Counted from the whole stretch's first letter, positions 47,858 through 60,185 are shown. The stretch is 62,889 nt of DNA, filler included, from Octopus bimaculoides (GCF_001194135.2; 5 parts of 5 records of this genome joined end to end with filler, not necessarily neighbours in it), one strand, 5' to 3'. Made by a program: numbers and translations. The notes: a model not told the origin generated them from the sequence alone.

Positions 47858-48003
47858 AAACATACAAATCTGCACATACATACATACAAAAATACCCTGA
47901 TGTCGATGTGGAAATTCCAATGATGAAGCCTTGGGTCTAGGTTAGAAACCTGTTCTTTCTCTATTGGGAAGAAATCTTGAAATAAACAGAACAAGAACAT
48001 ACA
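47858..48003 (+). mobile_element. family E copy 3
   Basis: aaaaataccctgatgtcgatgtggaaattccaatgatgaagccttgggtctaggttagaaacc...gaaataaacag. Confidence 0.75.
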
Positions 48004-48010
48004 TACATAA

Positions 48011-48082
<72 letters not shown>

Positions 48083-48173
48083 GTATGTATGTATATATAC
48101 TGTATTGTTCCGTGATAGAAAATTCAACAAAAAGGTATTCCATCTGTTGAGATTAAAATATTGTTTATTTAAA

Positions 48174-48723
48174 GGGCACAATACATATATACTTAAGTGC
48201 TACTAATAGTTTCATATGTTGAGAAATACTCAGACATATTCTTCGCAAACCACATATCATAACGAACTAAAAAAAAATAATTGAATAATAGAAGAAACAC
48301 GAACAAATGAAAAGGCACCATATAGAAAACGCAGAAAGTGAAAAACGGAAAACGAAAAAACGAAAAACGAAGATACGAAAACTAAAATGTAAAAAATGAA
48401 AAAGTAAAAAAGTAAAAGATCTATCCTCCTTAGACCTTAAATGATAAGGCTGGAAAGATATCAAGTGAGTCAGGAATAGACGGAATTTTCCAATTCTTCA
48501 AAATATATTGATACGTATGCTTGCAACCACTGCGATTTGTATATGCTGCTTTCTTTTTTCTTTCTTTTTTCTTTCTTTTTTCTTTCTTTTTTTGCGCGTT
48601 TCTTCTATTATCTAAAATTTTTTTTAGCTCGTTATGATACGTGGTTTGGTCCTGAAGAATATGTTTCAGTATTTCTCAAAGTATGAAACTATTAGTAGCG
48701 TTTAGAAACATTTATTGTGCCCT
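48174..48723. mobile_element. MITE with about 135-bp TIRs, TTAA duplication and AGG termini (Kolobok/T2-like)
   Basis: TTAA|agggcacaat...atagaagaaa (to about 48300) is the reverse complement of ttttcttctat...attgtgccct|TTAA (from about 48598). Confidence 0.8.
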
Positions 48724-48758
48724 TTAAATAAATGAATATATATATATATATATATATA

Positions 48759-48858
48759 NNNNNNNNNNNNNNNNNNNNNNNNNNNNNNNNNNNNNNNNNN
48801 NNTTAATTAATTAANNNNNNNNNNNNNNNNNNNNNNNNNNNNNNNNNNNNNNNNNNNN
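48759..48858. other. artificial assembly linker 44N-TTAATTAATTAA-44N
   Basis: Same 100-bp construct. Confidence 0.95.
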
Positions 48859-49326
48859 ATTTCGCAATTGAATAAATAATTTTGAGGACTATTTCGCAAT
48901 TGAATAAAAAATTTTGATGACTATTTCGCAATTGAATAAATAATTTTTGAGGACTATTTCGCAATTGAATAAATATTTCGCAATTGAATAAATAATTTTG
49001 AGGACTATTTCGCAATTGAATAAATAATTTTGAGGACTATTTCGCAATTGAATAAATAACNNNNNNNNNNAATAAATAATTTTGATGACTATTTCGCAAT
49101 TGAATAAATAATTTTGAGGACTATTTCGCAATTGAATAAATAATTTCGAGGACTATTTCGCAATTGAATAAATAATTTTGAGGATTATTTCGCAATTGAA
49201 TAAATAATTTTGAGGACTATTTCGCAATTGAATAAATAATTTTGAGGACTATTTCGCAATTGAATAAATAACTTTGAGGACTCTTTCGCAATTGAATAAA
49301 TAATTTTGAGAACTATTTTGCAATTT
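48859..49326. repeat. 32-bp minisatellite ATTTCGCAATTGAATAAATAATTTTGAGGACT, about 14 copies
   Basis: Period 32 (48859, 48891...), one truncated unit near 48975, small gap. Confidence 0.95.
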
Positions 49327-49439
49327 AATACTCTATCAAAAACCGAATGTATTTTAATAAAAACGTATGCATATATATTTGATGAGCTTTTTTTCTTGCA
49401 TTCTCCTTCAGCTTCGATGACTGCCGACGACTGTGGCTA

Positions 49440-49856
49440 TAAGTAATATAAAACCAAAAATGGAGAATGCAACTATCACTAATTGTGAGTGACGGTGTAG
49501 GGTAGCTCCTACATTGCTAGAAATAATAGCCGCAAAGAAGCACAAGTCTATGTCCTTACTAGGGAGCTAACCGCCCCACAGCGAGCGAAATCATCGTACT
49601 AGAATTCTCGTTTCGCTTGAAATTGAAGCTCTTCAGTGATGACTGTTCCGTCCCTGAATGGTTTGGGCAAATCTCGACTCTCAGTATATAGTATTAACTA
49701 TATGAATCAATGGCTGATTCTGCAAAATGGTACTGTGAAAATCATAAAAAATAACGAAGGCAGCTATAAGCAATATAAAAACCAAAAAGGAAGAATTCAA
49801 GTGTCCCTAATTGTGACTGACGGTGCAGGGTAAAACCTATATTGCCAGAAATAATG
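49440..49856. repeat. two diverged ~90-bp direct repeats (49440-49530, 49770-49856)
   Basis: aag.aatataaaa.ccaaaaa.g.agaat.caa...ctaattgtga.tgacggtg.agggta..ccta.attgc.agaaataat occurs twice. Confidence 0.8.
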
Positions 49857-50660
49857 TATTTGCGTAATTAAACATTGTTAAGCTACAGTTTTTGGTTCAG
49901 AAGAGACTCCTTTTCAGGCGAATCATTTTTAAAAACACAGCATCTATCAAAACTAANNNNNNNNNNNNNNNNNNNNNNNNNNNNNNNNNNNNNNNNNNNN
50001 NNNNNNNNNNNNNNNNNNNNNNNNNNNNNNNNNNNNNNNNNNNNNNNNNNNNNNNNNNNNNNNNNNNNNNNNNNNNNNNNNNNNNNNNNNNNNNNNNNNN
50101 NNNNNNNNNNNNNNNNNNNNNNNNNNNNNNNNNNNNNNNNNNNNNNNNNNNNNNNNNNNNNNNNNNNNNNNNNNNNNNNNNNNNNNNNNNNNNNNNNNNN
50201 NNNNNNNNNNNNNNNNNNNNNNNNNNNNNNNNNNNNNNNNNNNNNNNNNNNNNNNNNNNNNNNNNNNNNNNNNNNNNNNNNNNNNNNNNNNNNNNNNNNN
50301 NNNNNNNNNNNNNNNNNNNNNNNNNNNNNNNNNNNNNNNNNNNNNNNNNNNNNNNNNNNNNNNNNNNNNNNNNNNNNNNNNNNNNNNNNNNNNNNNNNNN
50401 NNNNNNNNNNNNNNNNNNNNNNNNNNNNNNNNNNNNNNNNNNNNNNNNNNNNNNNNNNNNNNNNNNNNNNNNNNNNNNNNNNNNNNNNNNNNNNNNNNNN
50501 NNNNNNNNNNNNNNNNNNNNNNNNNNNNNNNNNNNNNNNNNNNNNNNNNNNNNNNNNNNNNNNNNNNNNNNNNNNNNNNNNNNACCCATATATGCATGTA
50601 TGTATACATATAAATGTAGGTATGTACATATATGTATGGATATATGCATATATTTACATA

Positions 50661-50733
<73 letters not shown>

Positions 50734-50817
50734 TGTATGTACGTACGTATGTATGTTTGTACACACACATATATATAGAGAGAGATGGATAGATATGTAT
50801 ATACATACACATGTATG

Positions 50818-50860
<43 letters not shown>

Positions 50861-51416
50861 ATGTATGCGTATGTGTGCATATATTACATACGTATATAAA
50901 CACGTACACACACACATACATACATGCGTACATACATACGTACATACATACATACGTACAGATATACACGCACATGTTTGTCTTTGTACTTTTATAAGCG
51001 TGCTACATACGCGCACATACAAGTTAGGTACATTACCATCACACGTGCCAGCTGGTTAAGCGAATCATCCCATTTTTGTAATGGCGATGGCAGTTTCGAT
51101 GATGACGATGCTAATGATGGTGATGGTGATTATGGTAGTTTTAGCTGAAGAGACGGTGGGATAAATATTTTGCCACAGCACACATATTTGTGGTTAATTC
51201 AATAAGTAAACTACCCACCAGGGGATACTTAGGGTGTGTAAAACAGAGGTTCCTTCCGTCTCTAATCAATTATCTCATCTTCATATTCTCCCTTTCCCCT
51301 GCTTTCTCTCTTTATCTCGGCTTCCCTAACACTTTCCCCACAACACACATACACACACATACACGCACGAAAGCACACTGTACATGCTTACGCACACATA
51401 CACAAACACGAACACG

Positions 51417-51454
<38 letters not shown>

Positions 51455-52467
51455 NNNNNNNNNNNNNNNNNNNNNNNNNNNNNNNNNNNNNNNNNNNNNN
51501 NNNNNNNNNNNNNNNNNNNNNNNNNNNNNNNNNNNNNNNNNNNNNNNNNNNNNNNNNNNNNNNNNNNNNNNNNNNNNNNNNNNNNNNNNNNNNNNNNNNN
51601 NNNNNNNNNNNNNNNNNNNNNNNNNNNNNNNNNNNNNNNNNNNNNNNNNNNNNNNNNNNNNNNNNNNNNNNNNNNNNNNNNNNNNNNNNNNNNNNNNNNN
51701 NNNNNNNNNNNNNNNNNNNNNNNNNNNNNNNNNNNNNNNNNNNNNNNNNNNNNNNNNNNNNNNNNNNNNNNNNNNNNNNNNNNNNNNNNNNNNNNNNNNN
51801 NNNNNNNNNNNNNNNNNNNNNNNNNNNNNNNNNNNNNNNNNNNNNNNNNNNNNNNNNNNNNNNNNNNNNNNNNNNNNNNNNNNNNNNNNNNNNNNNNNNN
51901 NNNNNNNNNNNNNNNNNNNNNNNNNNNNNNNNNNNNNNNNNNNNNNNNNNNNNNNNNNNNNNNNNNNNNNNNNNNNNNNNNNNNNNNNNNNNNNNNNNNN
52001 NNNNNNNNNNNNNNNNNNNNNNNNNNNNNNNNNNNNNNNNNNNNNNNNNNNNNNNNNNNNNNNNNNNNNNNNNNNNNNNNNNNNNNNNNNNNNNNNNNNN
52101 NNNNNNNNNNNNNNNNNNNNNNNNNNNNNNNNNNNNNNNNNNNNNNNNNNNNNNNNNNNNNNNNNNNNNNNNNNNNNNNNNNNNNNNNNNNNNNNNNNNN
52201 NNNNNNNNNNNNNNNNNNNNNNNNNNNNNNNNNNNNNNNNNNNNNNNNNNNNNNNNNNNNNNNNNNNNNNNNNNNNNNNNNNNNNNNNNNNNNNNNNNNN
52301 NNNNNNNATAGATCAGATTTGTAGTCTTCGAAATAGCTTTCTCCTTTCTGTTTTTGAGAAGCCTACTTCCTCAAGATGAGTATTTAGGCGGTAATGTATG
52401 TATGTCTGTATGTATGTATGTATGTATGTATGTATGTATGTATGTATGTATGTATGTATGTATGTAT

Positions 52468-52600
52468 AATGGTGTCAAACTGACAGAAAGACTAGACCTT
52501 CGCTATATTTGATCTAACCGTCTCTATTCCGAGTTCAGCTTTGACATTTATCGTTTCGGGGGTCGATAAATAAAGTACTAGTGTATAACTATGGATCTGG
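52468..52600 (+). mobile_element. SINE family C, highly diverged
   Basis: ccgagttcagctttgacatttatcgtttcgggggtcgataaataaagtactag. Confidence 0.55.
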
Positions 52601-53299
52601 GGTTGTTTGAGTATCAGAAGTGATGATCTGTGCTGGCTGTTTCGGTTTCGTGCCTTCTTCGTTTATATCTCACCTCTTGGCAAAAACACTGGAAGGTCAG
52701 AGAAGTTCTTGAGTAAATGTCTTATCTATGCCAGCACACCAGATGGCAAGGGAGAATACCCAGGTATATTCAAGCCGGGTGCATAAAGAATATAGCCAAA
52801 GAATATGTGTTTAGTTGTATCACTACTGTTACTGCACGTTTCTTCTCTGCTACAGTTGTAATTCTATGTCGTTTTCTTTCAACGCTATACGTCTGTAAGA
52901 GAAGCTTTCTTGAAACGAATACCGCGCTTTTCAAAGCTTTGAACAATATATCTGCTTCAAGTCTCCTAATTTGTTTTACTATTTTTTACTAATACTTTTT
53001 CTATTGCAAGTAACGAATTTCTATTCAACCTGCCGGCTAAGACAGATATCAATGAATTCTCAATCACTTATTTTTTTTGCCGGTAGAAGCTAATTTTCTC
53101 TTAGCCTGCAGTTACTCGGGGGATGTTGCTATTGATGATTCTCAAAGAAACAGAAATGCGTACTTAGAAATTCCACCACCGTTGCTGGACATATTCCTCC
53201 ACTACTCACACATTTCTGTGTTTTTCAACACTATATGTCTATAAGAGAAGCTTTCTCGAGACCGATACTGTAGTTTTCTGGCTTTCAACAGTATATCTA

Positions 53300-53379
<80 letters not shown>

Positions 53380-53443
53380 GTTGTTGTTGTTGGCACTCCG
53401 TCNNNNNNNNNNNNNNNNNNNNNNNNNNNNNNNNNNNNNNNNN

Positions 53444-53520
<77 letters not shown>

Positions 53521-53522
<2 letters not shown>

Positions 53523-53806
53523 GTTGTTGTTGTTGGCACTCCGTCGCTTACGACGTCGAGGGTTCCAGTTGATCCGATCAACGGAACAGCCTGCTCGTGA
53601 AATTAACGTGCAAGTGGCTGAGCACTCCACAGACACGTGTACTCTTAACGTAGTTCTCGGGGAGATTCAGCGTGACACAGTGTGACAAGGCTGACCCTTT
53701 GAATTACAGGCACAACAGAAACAGAAGTAAGAGTGAGAGAAAGTTGTGGTGGAAGAGTACAGCAGGGTTCGCCACCATCCTCTGCCGGAGCCTCGTGGAG
53801 CTTTAG
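53521..53806 (-). mobile_element. SINE family A, 5'-truncated, (CAA)n tail
   Basis: Reverse complement of family A centre and tail; tRNA head absent. Confidence 0.9.
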
Positions 53807-53941
53807 ATAAAAGGTAATACATACAGCTTATACTACAAGGTTTTTTTCTTCATCATTTGTCGACTGAATATCACAACTGTCATGACACCGACGGTGTCAG
53901 GCCCTTCGGCTGTGGCGCACGGCACTAACGCCGTGAGGGAT

Positions 53942-54306
53942 TTTTGTCTTTTACTTGTTTCAGTTACTGGACCCCAGATCGACTTATTTTTAAATCTGGC
54001 ACATATTCTATCGGTCTCTTTGCCGAACCGCTAGTTTATGGGGACATAAAGAAACCAACACTGGTTATCAGGCGAGGTGGGGAAAACACAAACACAATGA
54101 CACACACACGTACACACACACACGCAAAGACACACGCACACGCATATGGGGGCTACCGCACAGTTTGTGTCTACCAAATTCAAGGCATTAGTCGGCCTGG
54201 TACTATAGTAGAAGACACTTGCCTAAGGTACTACGCAGTGGGACTGAACCTAAAAGCAGCTGGTTGCAAAGCGTGCTTCTTAACATCACATCCAGCCCTG
54301 CGTCTA
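53942..54306 (-). mobile_element. SINE family B, near full length
   Basis: ttacttgtttcag...tttgccgaaccgc...tatagtagaagacacttgcctaaggtactacgcagtgggactgaacc. Confidence 0.85.
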
Positions 54307-56039
54307 CATGTTCGTGTAGTTTTGAGTTAAGATGTTCCACATATTTCCCGTCTGCCATCCATTCATCGATGCAACCAGCACCGCACCAAACTGAGTGTAC
54401 CTGTAATCATTCCAACCATGAGGCAACCATTTTGATTCATTACTCGCTGACCGTTTGTTCAATGGTCTCAGTTGTGGTCTTCTTCTCAAATATCTACAAT
54501 AGAGCGCTAGGCCCTGAATCAATTATGCCGCTTTACAGCTGATAATGTAATATTTACACACACAAAGTTAGACACGCATATGCGTTCGCGTTCATTCATG
54601 CATCCTCTGTCAGTCAATTTTTTTTCTGCTAGTCAGCCTCTTCTAGCTTTCTTCCTCTCACTTTTCTTCTCTCTCCCTTTCTCCCTATGTGTATGTGTAT
54701 GTATGTGTGTGTGTGTGTGTGTGCGTGTGTGTGTGTGTAGATTTCTTTATTCTTCTCTCTCTTCCTTTTTCTCTCACTTGCAGTTAATTGTTTCAAGATG
54801 GAGCAATACATTTTGCATTCTCCTTCTGGCTTTCCTTCTCCTCCCATCTCCCTTGCATCCCTCTCCCGCCCACCTATTACAAAACATTTACCAACGACCG
54901 CAATATCAGCAGTTGGTCATGTTTTCTCAAACATTGGGTGGTAGATAAACTTGTTGTTGGTCGACCGGAAGTGGTTAATACATTCAATAAAAAAGTTTCC
55001 TTTTGATTGCTCGTTGTTTGGAGTTCTAATATGAGTTAGTCTGTATGCGGTACGAGGAAGCCGTATATTCTCATGTTACTTTTCCCTCAAACACTCTATT
55101 AAAATGATGCCTTTTTTATTTAATTCTTAAATGTCAAAATGGTCAACGCAGACGATCACTAGTTTTTCAAGAACTATGGCTAATAAAAATAACCCTAAGG
55201 GTTTTATAGCAGCTTCTTTTTAAGGATGGTGGCGAATGATAGAATCAATAGATACGCAGATAAAATGTCTTGTGTTACGGCCGAAATCGAATTTGGGGGC
55301 TAGATAAAACAAATATCAACCAAGTGCTAAGAGAGATATAATTGACTTTATCCTTTCACTAAGATTCGCAGCTTTGTGCCAGTATAAGAAATTATTGTTA
55401 TTATTATCAGTACTTAACAGCACATCATATTTTACCCCGCCAGTAAGTTAGGAAACAATAATTAGTTTGACAATTTGACCATTGTTATTAAACATTTTTG
55501 TTGTGCATTTGTTTCGGAAATGACCGAGCAGAAGAGAAGTGTTGTCGTTGGAATTTTTCCAGCCTTTTTTAACAGACAAAAGACATTGAAAATATATTTA
55601 TTGACAAATTATTTTAGAAAATGATCATATTTACCAATCGTATTATGCTATGCTTATATGCAAGTGTTCATCATCTGAATATTGTCAGTTTTTGCTTATC
55701 TCTCTCNNNNNNNNNNNNNNNNNNNNNNNNNNNNNNNNNNNNNNNNNNNNNNNNNNNNNNNNNNNNNNNNNNNNNNNNNNNNNNNNNNNNNNNNNNNNNN
55801 NNNNNNNNNNNNNNNNNNNNNNNNNNNNNNNNNNNNNNNNNNNNNNNNNNNNNNNNNNNNNNNNNNNNNNNNNNNNNNNNNNNNNNNNNNNNNNNNNNNN
55901 NNNNNNNNNNNNNNNNNNNNNNNNNNNNNNNNNNNNNNNNNNNNNNNNNNNNNNNNNNNNNNNNNNNNNNNNNNNNNNNNTATATATATATACAAACACT
56001 GCCGACATTGACACACTCACGTGACCATAGAAGTAGCGA

Positions 56040-57430
56040 GGAAAAGAAGAAGGGTTGACAACTGTACACAAGAGCAGTATATGAAAATTGTATGAAAGGT
56101 TATGTAGGGTTCTATGTAACGCTCTAGAAAAGGTGGGTAATAGAACAGCGATGGCCTTGGACCTCAAGGAAAAGATCAAAAGGTAGCCAGACAGACATTT
56201 ATTACATCTATCTTTTATGGTGAGGGTAGTGTGTAACCAAGGTGGCATTCAAGACGTATCACCTGAGACAGCCATTAATTATTTCATAATGATCTTAGAG
56301 AAGCATGGGAAATGTGAAATCGACAATAATCTCCTATCAGAACTGGCTGCAGCTTAAAATAGATTTGTATTTGCTGTACAACACCAAAAGCATCCCGAAG
56401 ATATTCATTCTCATTTATTTGAAGAGGGAAGGTATCGTAAGAGATGTGGTGGTAAACAGGGAGAATGGGCAATGACCGTTTCTACATGACAAACATTTTA
56501 AAAGTTCGAAGGGATGTCTAAAGTCCCGCAAGCTAAACGTCCACCAATACAATTCTAAGAACAATATTAAAAACAACACACCAATCAAATTCATTGACAC
56601 AACAACAGCAAAAGCCGAAAGTGGGCCATAAACAGCAACGGGGGTGGGGCGGCGTTGAACAGCCATTGCGACAATCATAGCAAAAAATATTAAATGATAA
56701 TAAATAAAATAAAATAAATGAAAAAAGAACAACTATAACACAACTACAGAACAACTGCAAAAACGACCGCAACAACAATATACCGACATGTTTATTAACT
56801 TCACTGATCTCCAAGGCAAGACCACTGAGTTTGACGCAATGTATTAAAAACATCAAGGAAAACAAGATGAGGTCTCGATCAACTTCCAAAGGTTTGCACG
56901 AGGAAGACTTCCAGTAAAGACCACGTGAGAAGTCTATGAACTATTATTGTTAATGTTCCTACGTGACATGGTTTCTTTCGGAGTTAAAGCAGCTTATGAC
57001 GTGCAACAGTGGAACTTTCAAGAAGTTTGAAAAGTCGAATTGTTTATGCCCTGGATGCAGGTAAGTAACCTCTGTTACTTATTCTCCGCCCAAATTATCG
57101 ACAAGAACAATCAATTACGTAAATGCACATGGGTTGTGTTTGATGTAATAGCAAAGTCATTTCTTTGACGATCTTAAATCACTAAATTTAGATTTCCGGA
57201 ACACACCCTAATGTTCTCTTTATTGACAACAACGAGATGTAGCTGTCTTTCTCACAGCTCGAATCAAACAAAATAGTAGTGCTCTTTCGGAAATGTCTGG
57301 ATCTCGTGGTATGGGCGACTTTTCTAGATTCGAATAAGTCAACGCTCCTGATTTTGCACAGCTACGAAGAAGAAACCTTCAGCTGTATGAACGTTTATGC
57401 CTCAACTGGAACAGAGCAGTTAGACTACTT
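56040..57430 (+). mobile_element. L1/Tx1-type LINE relic: ORF1-like remnant then start of ORF2 endonuclease
   Basis: GIQDVSPETAINYF..LEKHGKCE and IPKIFIL..GIVRDVVVN (ORF1-like, weak); INYVNAHGL and VLFRKCLDLVVWATFLD...MNVYASTGTEQLDY, homologous to the 12950-13110 endonuclease. Confidence 0.65.
57107..57430 (+). repeat. left arm of 324-bp inverted repeat
   Basis: Reverse complement of 58410-58733; about 8 transitions plus one short mismatched patch. Confidence 0.95.
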
Positions 57431-57784
57431 GCTGTAGCCACTATAAAAGTAGACAGTCAGTCGTTGTTGAAGGTCAGTAGTAGTAGAGTCGTTGCACGAG
57501 TCCTCAGTTGGAGTTAGTTACGTGTTATATACGAGTTCGAGTTACCGTCAAGGTAGCTGCTTCTTGTCATTATCTTGCGGAGCTATCAGCGATAGCATGA
57601 TAGACGATTCAAAAATAATAAGAGGCGGAATACCGCCACAACATAATAGTGGCAACAAGAATATTACAGTGCCGACAATAACATACACATTATAACATTT
57701 CAGGCTCATAGAAGCCTTTTTTGCAACGTTCGGATTGTTAGAACTAGTACAGGTCATTGCAATGACATCTTCGAAGCACACTGG

Positions 57785-57886
57785 GATTGTAGACGATAGA
57801 AGAGTGAGATTGTAGACGATAGAAGAGTGAGATTGTAGACGATAGAAGAGTAGACGATAGAAGAGTAGACGATAGAAAAGTGAGAC
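57785..57886. repeat. 23-bp tandem repeat GATTGTAGACGATAGAAGAGTGA x3 plus shortened units
   Basis: Direct reading. Confidence 0.9.
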
Positions 57887-58409
57887 GTAAAAACCTTCCA
57901 AATCTACTCAAGCTGCTGAAATTTTACTGACATATACCAACTAAATTTTTCGAATGTGTCAATGTGGAAATGAACTATCCAAATCGTATCTGGATATAGT
58001 ATTTATTTCATCAATGGATAACGATAAAGTAGAGTTTTCACAATTTCGGCTACTTTGAAATCTGCACAAACAATCTTGATAGAATACATAGATAGGAGCT
58101 TGATATGAGCCCGGTTACTGGAAGTGAAATTCTAAATAGAAAGGTAGCAGTGACCGGAACGACGAATTAGTTAAGCGAGTGCTGGCGGTATCTGGTTGTC
58201 AACAAGTGAGTCTGACAATAGTTATTAGAGTAGAAATGATATAGAGAATTAATGATAGGGATTATTAGATTAGTGTAGAAGTAGTCATCAGGTTAGAAGA
58301 AACCGTTCGAATACGCATCGCAATTAACGTTCTCTTTGTGAAAATGGGGCCCAAATATTTCTTTACCGTAAAACACAAAGTTTACATTGTTTGAGCTCGT
58401 ATGCGTTTG

Positions 58410-58733
58410 AAGTAGTCTAACCGTTCTGTTCCAGTTGAGGCATAAACGTTCACACAGCTGAAGGTTCCTTCTTCGTAGCTGTGCAAAATCAGGTGAGCTG
58501 ACTTATTCGAATCTAGAAAAGTCGCCCATACCACGAGATCCAGACATTTCCGAAAGAGCACTACTATTTTGCTTGATTCGAGCTGTGAGAAAGACAGCTA
58601 CATTTCGTTGTTGTCAATAAAGAGAACATTAGGGTGTGTTCCGGAAATCTAAATTTAGTGGTTTAAGATCGTCAAAGAAATGACTTTGCTATTACATCAA
58701 ACACAACCCACGTGCATTTACGTAATTGATTGT
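58410..58733 (-). repeat. right arm of 324-bp inverted repeat (LINE endonuclease segment; reading continues DYFKRI inward)
   Basis: Reverse complement of 57107-57430. Confidence 0.95.
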
Positions 58734-59210
58734 AGAGACAAACTGAAAAGTGGATACACCGCACAGCTAACACAAAATAAGACGTGACATTCACTAAAAA
58801 CCTTTAATATATCTAGTAGTATATTATGGTTGCAAAACGAAACACTGTGTCCTTGCCAGCGATTAATACACATATAAAGAGAATCAAAGGATGATTATAA
58901 CTAGAGGTGTCGCCTCATTAGCACACCATGCAGGGTCGTGACTAGTATAGAACTCCAAAATCAAAAGGAGATCCGCAAGACTTCGACTGATACTAAAGAG
59001 AGCACCGCACAACTCCAAGATGAATTCCAATAGTCTTAGTATGAGCCTCACAGCAGTGAATAATAAGAGTAATAATTTAAATGAGGAAAGGGGAAGTCGA
59101 ATTGACATTGTAACTTCTTTTCCGTAAACAGACGATATCTTTTATTCCATATCTCATACAATGTTACGCAGTTTATACAATATTTAGTGATGTATGCCAT
59201 AATATATATT

Positions 59211-59430
59211 TTATCTATTACTTGTTTCAGTCATTTGACTGCGGCCATGCTGGAGCACCGCCATGAAGGGTTTTTAGTCGAACAAGTGGACTCCAGCACT
59301 TACTTCATTTTAAAGCCTGGTACTTATTCTATCGGTATCTTTTGCTGAATCGCTAAGTTACGGGGACGTAAACACACCAACACCAGTTGTCAAGTGGTGG
59401 TGGGAGGACAAACACAGGCAGACAGACAGA
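59211..59430 (-). mobile_element. SINE family B, 3' half
   Basis: tttcagtcatttgactgcggccatgctggagcaccgcc...ggaggacaaacac. Confidence 0.9.
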
Positions 59431-59494
59431 CACACAAGCGCGTGCACATACACACGCGCGCACACATACACACGCGCGCACACATACACACACG

Positions 59495-59822
59495 AATATA
59501 AGAATGTAACAATATTCTTATTGTCCATTCACTTCTTCGAATGTCATGACGTGAAGGCACGACCGACCTAATACATATTTGAGGATGATTTCTTTTAAGC
59601 TTGTTTACAATATATAAATAGCCAGAACACTTAAAGTCTTGATTGATATCTCTTGCAAAATTATATCATGTGACAACTTTAAGTGCTCAGGCTATTTATA
59701 TATTGTAAACATGTAAAAAAAAAAGGAATTCTTCTCAAAATATTCTTTAGGTCGATTGTGTCTTCAAATCATAACATCTGAAGAAGTGAATGGATGATAA
59801 TAATATTATAACGTATATTATG
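59495..59822. repeat. diverged fold-back element, arms about 100 bp
   Basis: ccattcacttcttcgaatgtcatgacgtgaaggcac...gacctaa (59525-) vs reverse complement of ttaggtcg...gtcttcaaatcataacatctgaagaagtgaatgg (-59793). Confidence 0.8.
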
Positions 59823-59971
59823 ACATATATTACTTAATATAGTGTATGAACTGCGCAACTTTGTATATGATATAAGATAAATGATATCGCGTGTTTACGG
59901 AAACGATTGTAATGTCAATTTGATTTCTCCTTTCCTCATTTAAGTTATTACTTTTTGCATACTCACGCACG

Positions 59972-60009
<38 letters not shown>

Positions 60010-60034
60010 TACACACATACATACATGCATAAGT

Positions 60035-60093
<59 letters not shown>

Positions 60094-60185
60094 TATGCAA
60101 TGAGGGAAAGGGAGAGTTAAGCGTGCAAACAGTTATTGAATATACGAATCTTTGATACCGAATTGTGTCAACCTTCGACTGTCTC

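Noticed and set aside
48859-49326. CRISPR-like regular repeats (also 47569-47820)
   Set aside because: The 32-mer has no unique spacers, the 47.6-kb array has degenerate cores and very short spacers, there are no cas genes, and the DNA is eukaryotic.
53301-53545. Apparent tandem duplication of a SINE A 3' end with (TA)(TG)(TTG) runs
   Set aside because: The two copies flank a 40-N gap and overlap exactly; most likely unmerged contig ends.
58284-58290. CTGATGA on the minus strand
   Set aside because: No downstream GAAA or stems; it lies inside decayed LINE sequence.
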